DNA of 64,000 nt from an uncultured Omnitrophica bacterium (GTDB lineage Bacteria > Omnitrophota > Gorgyraeia > JACQQV01): the NCBI GenBank assembly GCA_947085655.1, contig CAMTXH010000019.1:3827-67826 (forward strand), read 5' to 3'. Below the pieces are notes generated by a model. It did not search any database. It saw nothing but the letters and a program-made list of their open reading frames with translations, and was not told the DNA's origin. The translations under genes were made by a program, and so were the position numbers. Below are positions 18,982-34,123 of this stretch, piece by piece. The number at the start of each line of letters is the position of its first letter. The stretch's first letter is position 1.

Positions 18982-20079
18982 ATGAAGGTTCGTTGTGATA
19001 AGGAGACCCTCTCAAAAGGAATTCAAACCGTCCAAAACGTTGTTTCAAGCCGAGTATCGCTTCCCATCCTTTCCAACATTCTTCTTGAGACCCAGAAAAA
19101 ACAACTCTATCTTGCGGCAACAGACCTGGATGTGGGAATCGCAACACTGATCAACGTTGATGTGGATGAAGAGGGAGCGATTACAATCCCCGGGAAAAAA
19201 TTTGGGGACATCATCAAAGAGCTTCCGGAAGGGGAATGTACTCTTTCCACAAAGAAAAACAACATGGTGACAATCGAGTGTGAAAAATGTTTTTTCCGGC
19301 TTCCGGGCCTTCCGAAAGACGACTTTCCGAAATTTCCCTCTTTCGGAAGCGAGACAAAACTTACTCTTTCCCAGTCGTTTTTGAAAACAATGCTCCGGAG
19401 GACCTCTTTTGCGATGTCCTATGATGAAACCCGGTATGTTTTAAACGGCGTCCTTTTCAAAGTGCAGGAAAAGACCCTGACGCTGGTTGCAACGGATGGA
19501 CGCCGGCTTGCGTACATCGAAAAAGGGCTTGAGAAAGAGTGGAAATCTCCCTATGAAATGATTGTCCCGACAAAAACCATTCAAGAACTGAACCGGATCC
19601 TTCAGGATCATGGCGAACTCGGCATAATCAGGAAGGAAAACCAGGTCCTTTTTGATCTGGGGGAAAGCTTCGTCATCTCACGGCTCATCGATGGAGAATT
19701 TCCAAACTATGAACAGGTCATTCCCAAGGAGGCCCCGGACAAAATCAAGATTAACCGTGAACAATTCCTCCAGGCCGCCCGGCGGGCGGGACTTTTGGCC
19801 TCCCAGGATTCCCAATCCATTAAACTTGACCTTTTGAAAAACAAAATGATTGTTTCCAAGACAAGCGCCGAGACCGGCGAGGCACGCGAAGAATTGGAGG
19901 CGGAGTACCGGGGCAAGGAATTAACCGTCGGCTTCAATCCCAACTACATCATCGATGGCTTGAAGAACATCGCGGAAGAAAGCGTGGCTTTTGAATTGGA
20001 GGGCCCCGAAAAACCGGGGGTCATTCGGACAAAGGACCGCTTTATCTATATTGTGTTGCCGATGCAACTGTCTTCGTAA
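18982..20079 (+). CDS. dnaN: DNA polymerase III beta clamp
   Basis: LPILSNILL, ATDLD, VATDGRRLA, SRLIDGEFPNYEQVIP, VLPM. Confidence 0.97.
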   Translation: MKVRCDKETLSKGIQTVQNVVSSRVSLPILSNILLETQKKQLYLAATDLDVGIATLINVDVDEEGAITIPGKKFGDIIKELPEGECTLSTKKNNMVTIECEKCFFRLPGLPKDDFPKFPSFGSETKLTLSQSFLKTMLRRTSFAMSYDETRYVLNGVLFKVQEKTLTLVATDGRRLAYIEKGLEKEWKSPYEMIVPTKTIQELNRILQDHGELGIIRKENQVLFDLGESFVISRLIDGEFPNYEQVIPKEAPDKIKINREQFLQAARRAGLLASQDSQSIKLDLLKNKMIVSKTSAETGEAREELEAEYRGKELTVGFNPNYIIDGLKNIAEESVAFELEGPEKPGVIRTKDRFIYIVLPMQLSS

Positions 20080-20084
20080 CGGTC

Positions 20085-24043
<3,959 letters not shown>

Positions 24044-24045
24044 GG

Positions 24046-26529
24046 ATGGCTGACAAAGGAAAAGAACAGAAAGAGGAAAAGATGCCCCCGAAAGGGGGAG
24101 ACGGCGAGAAGATCATCCCGATTGCCATTGACGACGAGATGCGGGCTTCGTATCTTTCGTATGCGATGAGCGTCATCGTCGGAAGAGCGCTTCCGGATGT
24201 GCGCGACGGTCTCAAGCCGGTTCACCGCCGGGTCCTTTATGCCATGAGGGAACTCGGCCTTGAATACGGAAAGCCGTACAAGAAATCGGCCCGTATCGTC
24301 GGGGAAATTTTGGGAAAATATCACCCTCACGGGGACGTGGCGGTGTATGACACGCTGGTCCGGATGGTTCAGGATTTTTCATTGCGTTATCCCCTTGTCG
24401 ACGGACAGGGGAATTTCGGGAGCGTGGACGGGGACTCGCCGGCGGCCATGCGTTATACGGAAGCGCGGATGGCCGCCATTTCCGATCTGATGCTGACCGA
24501 CATCGACAAGGACACGGTTGATTTCGGGCCGAATTTCGACGACACGCTGACTGAACCGCTCGTTCTTCCCGCAACGCTTCCGAATCTTTTGGTGAATGGC
24601 TCGGGCGGCATCGCGGTCGGGATGGCGACGAATATCCCGCCGCATAATCTCCGAGAAGTGGCGGAGGGGATCGACCGGGCAATCGATAACCCGGAGATCT
24701 CCATCAAGGAGCTGATGACGGTGGTCAAGGGGCCCGACTTCCCGACCGGCGGGATTATCCGCGGAAAGCAGGGGATTGAATCGGCCTATCTCACCGGGCG
24801 GGGTCCAGTCCGGATCTATTCCAAGACGGACATCGAAGAAATCAAGGGGGGCCGCGAAGCGATCATCGTCACCGAGATTCCGTATCAGGTGAATAAAGCT
24901 ACGCTGATCGAGCAGATTGCGCAGTTGGTTCAGTCCAAAAAACTCGAGGGGATCTCGGATATCCGGGACGAATCCGACCGACGGGGGATGCGGATTGTGA
25001 TTGAACTGAAACGGGACACCAACGCCCAGATCCTCCTGAACCAACTTTACGAGCATACCCAGATGCAGTCGAGTTTCGGGATCATTCTTTTGGCGCTGGT
25101 GAACGGGCGTCCCCAGGTCTTGAACCTCAAGCAGATGATCGAGTATTACATCCGCCATCGGAAGGATGTCATTATCCGACGGACCCAGTTTGACCTGGCG
25201 AAGGCCCAGGCGCGGGCCCATATTCTGGAAGGCCTTAAGAAGGCACTGGCCAATCTGGATAAAGTGATTGAAACGATCAAGAAATCGAAAGATCCGCAAG
25301 CCGCCAAGAGCGCTTTGATCGAACGCTTCAACTTCAGCGCGGAACAGGCCCAGGCGATCCTTGAAATGCAGCTCCAGCGCCTCACGAATCTTGAGCGGGA
25401 GAAGATCGACCAGGAATATGCGGAACTCCTCAAGAGAATCGAGCTTTTGGAATCGATCCTCCGGAGCGAAAAAAAGGTCCTCGATCTTATCAAGCAGGAA
25501 CTGAAGGAAGCGGTGGAGAAATTCGGCGATGACCGGAGAACCCAGATTTTGGCGAGGGAAGTGACGTATGAAGAGACGGACCTCATCGAAGAAGAGGATG
25601 TGGTGGTGACGATGAGTCACGCCGGCTATATCAAACGATTGCCAGTGGATACCTACCGGAGCCAGCGGCGCGGCGGAAAAGGGATCACCGGAGCACAGAC
25701 GCGGGAGGAGGACTTCATCAAACATCTCTTTATCGCCTCCACGCACGATATGATTCTTTTGTTCACAAACCGCGGCCGACTTTTCTGGCTGAAGGTCCAC
25801 GAAATCCCGCCGGCAGGCCGGATTGCCAAGGGTAAACCGATTGTCAACATCATCTCCCTCCGGGATGAGTCGGTCACCTCCATGATTCCCCTTCGGGAAT
25901 TTTTGGAAAAAGATTCCTTGGTTATGGTGACCCGGAAGGGGACACTCAAAAAAACATCCATGACCGCCTTCAGCAATCCCCGAAAGGGAGGCATCATCGC
26001 CATCACCCTTGAAAAGGGCGACGAACTGGTTGAGGCGGAGATTGCAACCGACAAAGATGAAGTTGTCCTGGCCACGCGGAAGGGAAAAGCAATCCGCTTT
26101 CAGGCCAAGCAGGTTCGGGATATGGGGCGCTCTGCAAAGGGGGTGCGCGGCATCCGGCTGGAAGGGCACGACGAAGTGATCGGCATGGAAATTGCCGAAC
26201 CGAAGGCAACGCTTCTCACGGTGACCGATCAGGGTTTCGGGAAGCGGACGCGGGTTGACCAATACCGAACCCAGGGCCGGGGCGGGAAGGGCATCATCAA
26301 TATCAAGGCGAACAAGAAAAACGGCGAGGTGGTGAGTCTCAAGACCGTCGAGGACGGAGATGAGATCATGGTGATGACGCACAAAGGAATCATCGTCCGG
26401 ACCGTCGTCAAAGACATTCGGACGGTCGGACGGAGCGCCGTGGGAGTCCGGATTATCCGCCTTGACCCGAAGAACAAAGTGACTTCCGTCGCCAAGATTG
26501 CCAAAGAGGCGCAGGAAGAAACGCCTTGA
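24046..26529 (+). CDS. gyrA: DNA gyrase subunit A
   Basis: [29 protein letters not shown], GyrA box QRRGGKG. Confidence 0.98.
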   Translation: MADKGKEQKEEKMPPKGGDGEKIIPIAIDDEMRASYLSYAMSVIVGRALPDVRDGLKPVHRRVLYAMRELGLEYGKPYKKSARIVGEILGKYHPHGDVAVYDTLVRMVQDFSLRYPLVDGQGNFGSVDGDSPAAMRYTEARMAAISDLMLTDIDKDTVDFGPNFDDTLTEPLVLPATLPNLLVNGSGGIAVGMATNIPPHNLREVAEGIDRAIDNPEISIKELMTVVKGPDFPTGGIIRGKQGIESAYLTGRGPVRIYSKTDIEEIKGGREAIIVTEIPYQVNKATLIEQIAQLVQSKKLEGISDIRDESDRRGMRIVIELKRDTNAQILLNQLYEHTQMQSSFGIILLALVNGRPQVLNLKQMIEYYIRHRKDVIIRRTQFDLAKAQARAHILEGLKKALANLDKVIETIKKSKDPQAAKSALIERFNFSAEQAQAILEMQLQRLTNLEREKIDQEYAELLKRIELLESILRSEKKVLDLIKQELKEAVEKFGDDRRTQILAREVTYEETDLIEEEDVVVTMSHAGYIKRLPVDTYRSQRRGGKGITGAQTREEDFIKHLFIASTHDMILLFTNRGRLFWLKVHEIPPAGRIAKGKPIVNIISLRDESVTSMIPLREFLEKDSLVMVTRKGTLKKTSMTAFSNPRKGGIIAITLEKGDELVEAEIATDKDEVVLATRKGKAIRFQAKQVRDMGRSAKGVRGIRLEGHDEVIGMEIAEPKATLLTVTDQGFGKRTRVDQYRTQGRGGKGIINIKANKKNGEVVSLKTVEDGDEIMVMTHKGIIVRTVVKDIRTVGRSAVGVRIIRLDPKNKVTSVAKIAKEAQEETP

Positions 26530-26602
26530 CCCCGTCGTCTAGCCTGGTCTAGGACAAGAGCCTTTCGAGCTCTCGACACGGGTTCAAATCCCGTCGGGGT
26601 CG
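26528..26602 (+). tRNA. tRNA-Glu(TTC)
   Basis: GACCCCG/CGGGGTC stem, AGAGC-CTTTCGA-GCTCT anticodon arm, GGTTCAAATCC; CCA not encoded. Confidence 0.94.
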
Positions 26603-26619
26603 TTTGTTTTTCATGATAT

Positions 26620-26826
26620 GTGGCACGGGATTTGAAGGGAGCCCTGCGCCGCCTGTGGCGGAAAAGCCGCGACCGAGTAGGGAGCGACGTCAGCGGGGCG
26701 GGGGGCCGACCGAGTGTGGGTTTAGGGGCGAATGGTCGCACGAATAAGTGCGACCGAGCCTATGAGCGCCCGCGAGATAGTGAGCGGGCCGGACCCCACA
26801 CGAGGCGCCAAATCCCGTCGGGGTCG
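26620..26826. repeat. GC-rich structured element ending in an 18-bp copy of the tRNA-Glu 3' end
   Basis: CAAATCCCGTCGGGGTCG occurs at 26585-26602 and 26809-26826; the element starts with the complementary ACGGGATTTG. Confidence 0.7.
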
Positions 26827-26833
26827 CTTATTT

Positions 26834-27523
26834 ATGTTATATGTTGTCGCAACCCCCATCGGCAATTTGAAAGACATCAGCCTCCGGGCGCTTGAGGTTC
26901 TGAAATCGGCCGATCTCATTGCCTGCGAAGATACCCGCCATGCACGGAAACTCCTTTCCCATTATGACATCCATGTTCCTCTTTTAAGTTATTACGACCA
27001 TAACGAAGAAATCCGGCTTGGGTCGCTTCTTGAGAAACTGCGCGAGGGAAAAGATGTTGCCCTTATTTCAGACGCCGGGATGCCGGTCTTTCAGGACCCT
27101 GGCTATTTTTTGACACGGGCGCTCATCAAGGAAAATATCCCCTTTACCGTGATTCCGGGACCGACAGCCGCGGCAACGGCACTCGTCCTTTCCGGCCTTC
27201 CCCCCGATTCCTTTATTTTCGAGGGGTATCTTCCGCCGAAGTCAGGCCAAAGGCAGCGAAAACTCCGGCGGCTTTCCTCGGAGCGGCGGACAGTTCTCTT
27301 TTATGAATCACCCCACCGGCTCCTCTCAAGTCTTAAGGATATTCGGGAAGTTTTGGGGGATATCGAGATTGTGGTCATCCGGGAGATGACGAAAAAGTTT
27401 GAAGAGGTCGTCCGGAAGAAGGTGAGCGAGCAGATTGCCCATTTTGAGAAAAAGCCGCCCAAGGGAGAATTTGTTATCCTCTTTAGTTTGAAAGCATTAG
27501 ACAAAAAAGAAGAAGAAATTTAG
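26834..27523 (+). CDS. rsmI: 16S rRNA (cytidine1402-2'-O)-methyltransferase
   Basis: LYVVATPIGNL.DIS.RAL, ACEDTR, ISDAG.P...DPG, FYESPHR, REMTK.FEE. Confidence 0.96.
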   Translation: MLYVVATPIGNLKDISLRALEVLKSADLIACEDTRHARKLLSHYDIHVPLLSYYDHNEEIRLGSLLEKLREGKDVALISDAGMPVFQDPGYFLTRALIKENIPFTVIPGPTAAATALVLSGLPPDSFIFEGYLPPKSGQRQRKLRRLSSERRTVLFYESPHRLLSSLKDIREVLGDIEIVVIREMTKKFEEVVRKKVSEQIAHFEKKPPKGEFVILFSLKALDKKEEEI

Positions 27524-27532
27524 AAAAAGTAC

Positions 27533-27561
27533 TTGACAAAAGGGCGTTTTACAGGCATACT
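27533..27561 (+). promoter_or_regulatory. sigma70-type promoter of the pyr operon
   Basis: TTGACA-17 nt-CATACT. Confidence 0.7.
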
Positions 27562-27576
27562 TGAAAAAATTATGCA

Positions 27577-27672
27577 CCTTTTAAACTAACCCTGTGAGGT
27601 TAGAAAAGGAGAGAGAAAATGAGTCTAGGTTCAAGAACCAATGCCTACCCATGGGGGGTGGGCTATTTTTTT
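27577..27672 (+). promoter_or_regulatory. PyrR-binding attenuator with intrinsic terminator
   Basis: CCTTTTAA..CTAACCCTGTGAGGTTAG..AAGG resembles the PyrR binding loop ARUCCNGNGAGGYU; terminator GCCTACCC-ATGG-GGGTGGGC followed by a T run; lies upstream of pyrR. Confidence 0.82.
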
Positions 27673-27678
27673 GCCCAA

Positions 27679-27816
27679 CAGGGGACGTTTCCAGAAAGTG
27701 TTCCTAGCGTGGCAACAATTCATGGGACACTTTTGGAAATGTCCCAAAGAAGAAGAGGAAATAAAGATAGGGGACAGATTGGGGCCAGATTAGAGCCAAG
27801 ACTAGAAACGTCCCTG
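27679..27816. mobile_element. MITE/REP-like element, copy 1
   Basis: Terminal IRs CAGGGGACGTTTC / GAAACGTCCCTG; the right ~48 bp is nearly identical to the element at 42681-42783. Confidence 0.7.
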
Positions 27817-27827
27817 CAGGATTGAAC

Positions 27828-28379
27828 ATGCCATTCCGCGAAAAATCAAAGGTCCTGAATCCGGAAGGAATCGAGAAAACGATCAGACGGATCGCCCATG
27901 AAATCATTGAAAAAAACAAGGATTCTCTCGATTCGCTTGCGATTATCGGCATTATGACGCGGGGAGCGACCCTGGCGGAACGGATTCGGAAAGAGATCGA
28001 GAAAATTGAAGGAAAACGTCTTCTGTTGGGGACCATGGACATCACCCTTTACCGGGATGACCTGACTCAGATTGCCCCGAACCCGGTGGTGCACGAGACC
28101 CGCGTTGATTTCGACATCACCGATAAAAAAGTCATTTTGGTGGACGACGTTCTTTTTACCGGCCGGACCGTCCGGTGTGCGTTGGATGAGCTGATCGATT
28201 TCGGGAGACCCCGCGCGGTGCAACTGGCGGTTCTGGTGGACCGGGGCCATCGGGATTTTCCGATCCGGGCCGATTTCGTCGGGAAAAACCTTCCGACCTC
28301 TCTGCAGGAGATCGTCCAGGTCCGATTTCAGGAAACGGACGGGGCGGAGGAAGTGGTGATCGAGGAGGAAAGTCGGTGA
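27828..28379 (+). CDS. pyrR: PyrR regulator / uracil phosphoribosyltransferase
   Basis: [50 protein letters not shown]. Confidence 0.96.
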   Translation: MPFREKSKVLNPEGIEKTIRRIAHEIIEKNKDSLDSLAIIGIMTRGATLAERIRKEIEKIEGKRLLLGTMDITLYRDDLTQIAPNPVVHETRVDFDITDKKVILVDDVLFTGRTVRCALDELIDFGRPRAVQLAVLVDRGHRDFPIRADFVGKNLPTSLQEIVQVRFQETDGAEEVVIEEESR

Positions 28380-29335
28380 AGAAATGGAACCGGAAGGATC
28401 TTTTGGGACTTGAGGATCTTTCCGGCGAGGAAATCCGCCTGATTCTGGACACCGCCTATTCTTTCAAGGAGGTGTTGAAGCGGCCGATTAAAAAGGTTCC
28501 GTCGCTCCGGGGGAAAACGGTGGCAAACCTTTTCTTCGAACCCTCCACCCGCACGCGGGCCAGTTTTGAACTGGCCGCCAAGCGGTTGAGTGCGGACACC
28601 ATGAATATCACCGCCCAGGAGTCGAGTCTTTCCAAAGGGGAAATCTTGAAGGACATGGCGCGGAATATCGAAGCGATGAAAGTGGATGTTCTGGTCATGC
28701 GTCATCCCGCCTCTGGAAGCTGCTCCCTTTTGGCGAAGGCCCTGCAAAGCGCCGTGGTCAATGCGGGAGACGGCTCCCATGAACATCCGACCCAGGCCCT
28801 TCTGGATCTTTTGACGATTGAAGAGCGAAAAAAGCGGATTGAGGGGCTCCGGGTCAGTATTATTGGCGACATTCTCCATTCCCGCGTGGCCCGTTCCGGG
28901 ATCTGGGGGCTGACAAAACTCGGGGCGGAGGTCACCGTCTGCGGACCCAAGACCCTTTTGCCGATCGAAGTGGAGAAGATGGGGGTCCGCGTCACCTCCC
29001 GGCTGGAAGAGGCAATTGAAGGAGCGGATGTTTTGAATCTGCTTCGCATCCAGCTCGAAAGGCAGAACTCCTCCTTTTTCCCGACGGTTCGGGAGTACGC
29101 GCAGTTTTTCTGCGTCACTCCGGAACGGCTCCAAAAAGCGAAAAAGGAACTTTTAATTCTTCATCCGGGACCGATCAACCGGGGGATCGAGATTGCCCCG
29201 GAGGTGGCGGACGGCCCCTATTCGGTCATATTGGATCAGGTCAGTAACGGGATCGCCGTCCGGATGGCGATTCTCTTTTTGGTTTCACAGATTTCACAGA
29301 CGGGTGTCAAGGATGTCCTCAAAACTTCTCATTAA
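28376..29335 (+). CDS. pyrB: Aspartate carbamoyltransferase catalytic subunit
   Basis: [43 protein letters not shown]. Confidence 0.97.
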   Translation: MKKWNRKDLLGLEDLSGEEIRLILDTAYSFKEVLKRPIKKVPSLRGKTVANLFFEPSTRTRASFELAAKRLSADTMNITAQESSLSKGEILKDMARNIEAMKVDVLVMRHPASGSCSLLAKALQSAVVNAGDGSHEHPTQALLDLLTIEERKKRIEGLRVSIIGDILHSRVARSGIWGLTKLGAEVTVCGPKTLLPIEVEKMGVRVTSRLEEAIEGADVLNLLRIQLERQNSSFFPTVREYAQFFCVTPERLQKAKKELLILHPGPINRGIEIAPEVADGPYSVILDQVSNGIAVRMAILFLVSQISQTGVKDVLKTSH

Positions 29336-30611
29336 AGGAGGCCGGATTCTTGATCCGGCCAATAGGCGCGACGATTCGGGGGATCTCCTGATCGAAAAAG
29401 GAAAAATCGCTCAGGTGGGTGGGCGCCTTTCCGCAAATGGCGCAGAGGTGGTTCAGGCAGAGGGCCTTTGGGTTGTGCCGGGTCTCATTGATATGCATGT
29501 CCATTTCCGTCAGCCGGGGAGGGAGGATAAGGAAACGATTCTGACCGGAAGCCGCGCGGCTGTAAAGGGCGGATTCACCTCCGTTCTTCCGATGGCGAAT
29601 ACCCATCCGGTTGCGGATAACCGGGGCGCGATTGAATTTATCCTTGCGGAGGCAAAACGGGCTGGGCTTGTGAACATTTTCCCGGTCGGGGCGGTAACGC
29701 AGGGGCTTCAGGGAGAATGTCTTTCGGAAATCGGAGAACTCGCCTTGGCCGGATGTATCGCTCTTTCCGATGACGGCAAACCGATCCGGAACACCAAACT
29801 CATGCGGCATGCCCTTGAATACGCCTCGATGTTTAGTCTTCCGATTATCGCCCATGAGGAAGATCCCTATCTTTTTGAAGAAGGAGTGATGCATGAAGGC
29901 CACGCCTCGACGGTGCTTGGGCTTAAGGGAATCCCCGCGATCTGCGAAAGCATCATGGTGGCGCGCGATTTGGAACTTTTGAAGTTGACCGGCGGGCGGC
30001 TCCATTTCGCCCATATCAGCACCGCCCGTTCCCTTGAGTTAATCCGGGAGGCAAAAAAGAAAGGACTCGCTGTGAGCTGCGAAACAGCCCCTCACTACCT
30101 TGTGTTGACGGATGAAGCCCTTTCGGCCTTCGACGCCAATTTTAAAATGAATCCTCCCCTCCGGGGTGAAGCGGACCAAAAGGCGTTGACCGAGGCCCTG
30201 AAGGACGGCGTGGTCGATTGTATCGCCTCAGACCATGCCCCCCATACCTCGCAGGAGAAGGAGACCGAACTTGACACGGCCGCCTTCGGGATCATCGGTC
30301 TTGAAAGTTCTCTGGGAATCTGTTTGACCTATCTGGTCCACAAAAACATCTTGAAGCCGTCGGAACTCGTAGCCCGGATGTCGTGGATGCCGGCAAAAGT
30401 TCTGGGACTCCGGAAAGGGACTCTTTCCGTCGGAGCGGATGCGGATGTCACCTTGATCAATCCCGAAAAGAAATGGACTCTCCGGAGCGAGGAACTCGAA
30501 TCCAGAAGCCGGAATTCCCCCTTTATCGGCTGGGAGTTTAAAGGACGGGCCGAGATGACCCTTGTGGGGGGGCATGTGATGATGAAGGACGGCAAGGTCG
30601 GTCGTGACTAA
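29313..30611 (+). CDS. pyrC: Dihydroorotase
   Basis: [32 protein letters not shown]; start set at ATG 29313. Confidence 0.96.
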   Translation: MSSKLLIKGGRILDPANRRDDSGDLLIEKGKIAQVGGRLSANGAEVVQAEGLWVVPGLIDMHVHFRQPGREDKETILTGSRAAVKGGFTSVLPMANTHPVADNRGAIEFILAEAKRAGLVNIFPVGAVTQGLQGECLSEIGELALAGCIALSDDGKPIRNTKLMRHALEYASMFSLPIIAHEEDPYLFEEGVMHEGHASTVLGLKGIPAICESIMVARDLELLKLTGGRLHFAHISTARSLELIREAKKKGLAVSCETAPHYLVLTDEALSAFDANFKMNPPLRGEADQKALTEALKDGVVDCIASDHAPHTSQEKETELDTAAFGIIGLESSLGICLTYLVHKNILKPSELVARMSWMPAKVLGLRKGTLSVGADADVTLINPEKKWTLRSEELESRSRNSPFIGWEFKGRAEMTLVGGHVMMKDGKVGRD

Positions 30612-31350
30612 ACGAGGGTTGCTTCTCATCGGATTCGGACTTCTTTGCGTCTCCCGCGCCTTTGGGGAGGACTTCGGAGACCGCATCCTTGCGCGCGTTG
30701 AGCAAAGGTCCCTCTTTGTCCGGAGTTACAAAGCAAACTTCGATCTCTGGCTTAAAGCGGGGGAAGATGAATTTTTCATGACCGGACTTGCGCTCTACAA
30801 ATGGCCCGAAATGCTTCGGGTTGAAATGTCCCTTCGGGATCAGAGGGAGTTGAACCAGATTCTTTATCGAAAGGACGGAGCGGTCTGGCAATACATCCCT
30901 TCCGCCAATATCGCTTTCCGGCGGGATGAAAAAAAACTCCGGGAGCAGTTTCCGGATACCTTTGCCTCGCAGGAACTGGTCAACCTCCGGAACCCGTTTG
31001 ATCTTCTCGAGAAGGAAACGCTAAGGTTTCTGGATGAGGAGCATCTCGGCGACAAAGCGATGTATCTGTTTGAAGGCGTTCCCAAAAAGGCGATCCGGCA
31101 TCAAGGGCTTCTCTCCCCGGCGCTCTGCCGACTCCGGATCGCAGAAGAAGACGGCCTTCTGCGGGATCTGGTCATGTACGACGATGCAGGGGTGGAAATC
31201 GTGAAACAGCACTTTTGGGATGTTCAGCCGAATCTGGAAATTCTGGACGAAGAATTTCTTTTCCGGCCGCAGGATGTGAAGTTGGTGGAAGTCACCGAAC
31301 AGACGGTCCACAAGATGGAACTCCTTCTGGAAGAGGAAAAACTCCCATGA
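30604..31350 (+). CDS. Exported LolA/LppX-like fold protein (tentative)
   Basis: Signal peptide; SYKANF, KWPEMLRVE, DG..VWQY.P and F.DVQ.N......F.F patterns typical of LolA-like proteins. Confidence 0.55.
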   Translation: MTKRGLLLIGFGLLCVSRAFGEDFGDRILARVEQRSLFVRSYKANFDLWLKAGEDEFFMTGLALYKWPEMLRVEMSLRDQRELNQILYRKDGAVWQYIPSANIAFRRDEKKLREQFPDTFASQELVNLRNPFDLLEKETLRFLDEEHLGDKAMYLFEGVPKKAIRHQGLLSPALCRLRIAEEDGLLRDLVMYDDAGVEIVKQHFWDVQPNLEILDEEFLFRPQDVKLVEVTEQTVHKMELLLEEEKLP

Positions 31351-32432
31351 CCAAAGCCCTTTTGTGTCTCGAAGACGGGTTTCTCCTCGAAGGGGAATCG
31401 ATCGGTGCCGCCGGTGAGGCAATCGGCGAAGTTGTTTTTAACACCAGCATGATGGGCTATCAGGAAATCCTCACCGATCCTTCCTACAAGGGGCAGATTG
31501 TGACAATGACCTATCCTCACATCGGAAACTACGGCGTGAACGACGAGGATGCGGAATCCCGGAAACCTTTTGTGGAGGGGTTTATTGTCAAAGAATTAAG
31601 CCGGGTCTCAAGCAATTTCCGCTCGCAGGGGGACCTTCAGACGTATTTGGAAAAACACAAGATCGTCGGGATCCAGGGGGTAGACACTCGGGCATTGACC
31701 AAACATCTCCGGCTGGAAGGGGCCAAACAGGGAATTATTTCAACGGAAACGTTTGAACCGAAACGCCTCCTTCAAAAACTTGAAAAATCGCCGGGGCTGA
31801 TTGGCGTCGACCTGGTCAAAGAGGTGACCTGTCAGAAACCTTACGTTTTTGAAGGGAAGGAGAGATGCTCCCATTTCCATGTGGTGGCGATGGACTACGG
31901 CATCAAGCGGAATATCCTGAATCACCTACTTGAGACGGGATGTCGGGTCACGGTTCTTCCGGCTCATGCGAGCCGGAACGAAATTCTTTCTTACAAGCCG
32001 GATGGGCTTTTTCTTTCAAACGGCCCTGGCGACCCGGAGGCGGTGACCTATGCGATTGAGACGGTCCGGAATCTGGTGGGGGAACTGCCGATTTTCGGCA
32101 TCTGCCTCGGGCATCAAATGCTGGGACTCGCGCTCGGCGGGAAAACCTTCAAACTGAAATTCGGGCATCACGGTGGGAACCACCCCGTGATACGGCTTGA
32201 GAACCGGCAGGTGGAGATTACCTGCCAGAATCATGGCTTCTGTGTGGATTTGGATTCCATCCCGGGGAAGCAAGTGGAACTCACGCATCTCAATCTGAAC
32301 GACCGGACGGTAGAAGGATTCAGACATAAGACGGAACCTCTCTTTTCGGTGCAGTACCATCCGGAGGCCTCTCCGGGGCCGCATGATTCGCGGTATCTAT
32401 TTCAACAGTTTATCGAGATGATGTCACGGTGA
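31347..32432 (+). CDS. carA: Carbamoyl-phosphate synthase small subunit
   Basis: GEVVFNT.M.GYQE.LTDPSY, SNGPGDP, GICLGHQ, QYHPEASPGP. Confidence 0.97.
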   Translation: MTKALLCLEDGFLLEGESIGAAGEAIGEVVFNTSMMGYQEILTDPSYKGQIVTMTYPHIGNYGVNDEDAESRKPFVEGFIVKELSRVSSNFRSQGDLQTYLEKHKIVGIQGVDTRALTKHLRLEGAKQGIISTETFEPKRLLQKLEKSPGLIGVDLVKEVTCQKPYVFEGKERCSHFHVVAMDYGIKRNILNHLLETGCRVTVLPAHASRNEILSYKPDGLFLSNGPGDPEAVTYAIETVRNLVGELPIFGICLGHQMLGLALGGKTFKLKFGHHGGNHPVIRLENRQVEITCQNHGFCVDLDSIPGKQVELTHLNLNDRTVEGFRHKTEPLFSVQYHPEASPGPHDSRYLFQQFIEMMSR

Positions 32433-32884
32433 AATTTCTCCTGACGCCGGAACTCGGGAGACTCGCGACATGGCTTCGCGCAGTCGGTTACGACGCTTCC
32501 ATTTTTCAGGGGAGCATCCCGGATCTTTTGGCGAAGGCGACTTTTGAAAAACGGATTGTGGTGACGCGTCAGGGGGCTCTCCGGGGCCACCGGGGCACTC
32601 CGGTCGTCCGGATTGCGCATGACCGGGTGGAGAAACAACTCCTGGAGTTGAAAAAGTCCTGCCGGATCCGTCTCTCGCCGTCGACGCTTTTTCACCAGTG
32701 TCTCCGCTGCAACGTGCCGGTTAAGCCGATTGCGAAGAATCAAGTCAAGAAAAAAGTCCCTCCGTATGTCTTTAAGACCCAGAAGTCCTTTTCCCATTGT
32801 CCAATCTGCCGCCGGATTTACTGGACTGCGACACACTGGGATCGTGCGGAGCACTTCCTGAAAAACCTAAGGAGGCCGTCATGA
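32429..32884 (+). CDS. Mut7-C RNase (PIN-like) domain protein
   Basis: LGRLATWLR..GYD, R.VVTR, C..CN...CP.C..IYW..TH. Confidence 0.85.
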   Translation: MKFLLTPELGRLATWLRAVGYDASIFQGSIPDLLAKATFEKRIVVTRQGALRGHRGTPVVRIAHDRVEKQLLELKKSCRIRLSPSTLFHQCLRCNVPVKPIAKNQVKKKVPPYVFKTQKSFSHCPICRRIYWTATHWDRAEHFLKNLRRPS

Positions 32885-34116
32885 AATTCATTGCCGACTT
32901 CCACATCCATTCCAAATACAGTCGGGCCACCTCGAGCCATCTGGACTTGGATCAACTGGCGCAGTGGTCCAAGATCAAGGGGGTGGGGCTGATCGGGACG
33001 GGGGATTTCACCCATCCGATATGGTTCGAGGAGTTGAGGACAAAACTCCAGCCGACCGGGAAGGGCCTTTTCGAATATCAGGACGTGCACTTTATCCTGA
33101 CGACGGAGGTCAACACCCTTTTTTACCGTTCGGGGAGGGCAAAGAATGTTCATCATCTGATTTTCGTCCCGAGTCTTGAGACGGTCGAGCGGATCAACCG
33201 GGAACTCGCATTCTTCGGCAGTCTCGAAAGCGACGGGCGGCCGCTTTTGACGATGGAGGCAAGGCAACTCGTGAAGATCGTCCGGGGAATTGACCCGCGG
33301 GTGTATATCGTCCCGGCGCACGCCTGGACGCCTCATTTTGCCATTTTCGGCTCGCAATCCGGTTTTGACCGGGTGGAGGACTGCTACGAAGAGGAGGCCG
33401 GGAACATTTTTGCCCTTGAGACAGGGCTTTCGAGCGATCCGCCGATGAACTGGCGGTTGAGCGCTTTGGACAGGTATGCACTCATTTCAAATTCCGACTG
33501 TCACAGCGCCAAAAGGATCGCACGCGAGGCGAACTGTTTCGACTGCGAACTTGATTTTGATGCGATCCGGCAGGCGATCCGGAGTAAGGATCCGCAGAAG
33601 TTTCTCTTTACCGTGGAGTTTTTCCCGGAGGAGGGGAAGTACCATTTTGACGGACACCGAAAGTGTCGGGTGGTCTGGTCACCGGAGGAGACGAAGCATC
33701 ACAAGGGCCGGTGCACGGTTTGCGGACGGCCGGTCACCGTCGGAGTGATGAACCGGGTCGATTCCCTTGCCGACCGGCCGGAGGGGTACAAACCGGCCGG
33801 AGGCATTCCCTACCGGAACATGATCCCCCTTGACGAGATTATTTCGGAGGGGATCGGGACAGGGGTGGCCTCTCAGGCGGTCGAGCGGGAGTATCTTCGG
33901 ATGATTCAAGAACTTCAAAACGAATTCCATATCCTGTTTGACGCTTCCGAAGAGATGCTCCGGAAGCATGCCAATCCCAAAGTGGCGGAAGGGATTCTTC
34001 GGGTGCGGCAGGGCCAGATCAAGGTCCGGCCCGGTTATGACGGTGAATACGGTAAAGTCCAGATCTTCGGCGGAGAAGAAACCGTCTCTCAAGAAAAGCA
34101 GATGGAATTATTTTAA
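32881..34116 (+). CDS. Endonuclease Q family (PHP domain + Zn ribbon)
   Basis: ADFHIHSKYSRATS, GTGDFTHP, PAHAWTP, ETGLSSDP, SNSD.HS, EGKYH.DGHR.C, PGYDGEYG. Confidence 0.88.
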   Translation: MKFIADFHIHSKYSRATSSHLDLDQLAQWSKIKGVGLIGTGDFTHPIWFEELRTKLQPTGKGLFEYQDVHFILTTEVNTLFYRSGRAKNVHHLIFVPSLETVERINRELAFFGSLESDGRPLLTMEARQLVKIVRGIDPRVYIVPAHAWTPHFAIFGSQSGFDRVEDCYEEEAGNIFALETGLSSDPPMNWRLSALDRYALISNSDCHSAKRIAREANCFDCELDFDAIRQAIRSKDPQKFLFTVEFFPEEGKYHFDGHRKCRVVWSPEETKHHKGRCTVCGRPVTVGVMNRVDSLADRPEGYKPAGGIPYRNMIPLDEIISEGIGTGVASQAVEREYLRMIQELQNEFHILFDASEEMLRKHANPKVAEGILRVRQGQIKVRPGYDGEYGKVQIFGGEETVSQEKQMELF

Positions 34117-34123
34117 CCAGTTC

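Noticed and set aside
24379-26382. 667-aa minus-strand ORF
   Set aside because: Antisense shadow of gyrA with no recognisable motifs; typical codon-bias by-product.
27619-27825. 68-aa ORF as a possible pyr leader peptide
   Set aside because: It crosses the terminator and the MITE, and PyrR attenuation does not require a leader peptide.
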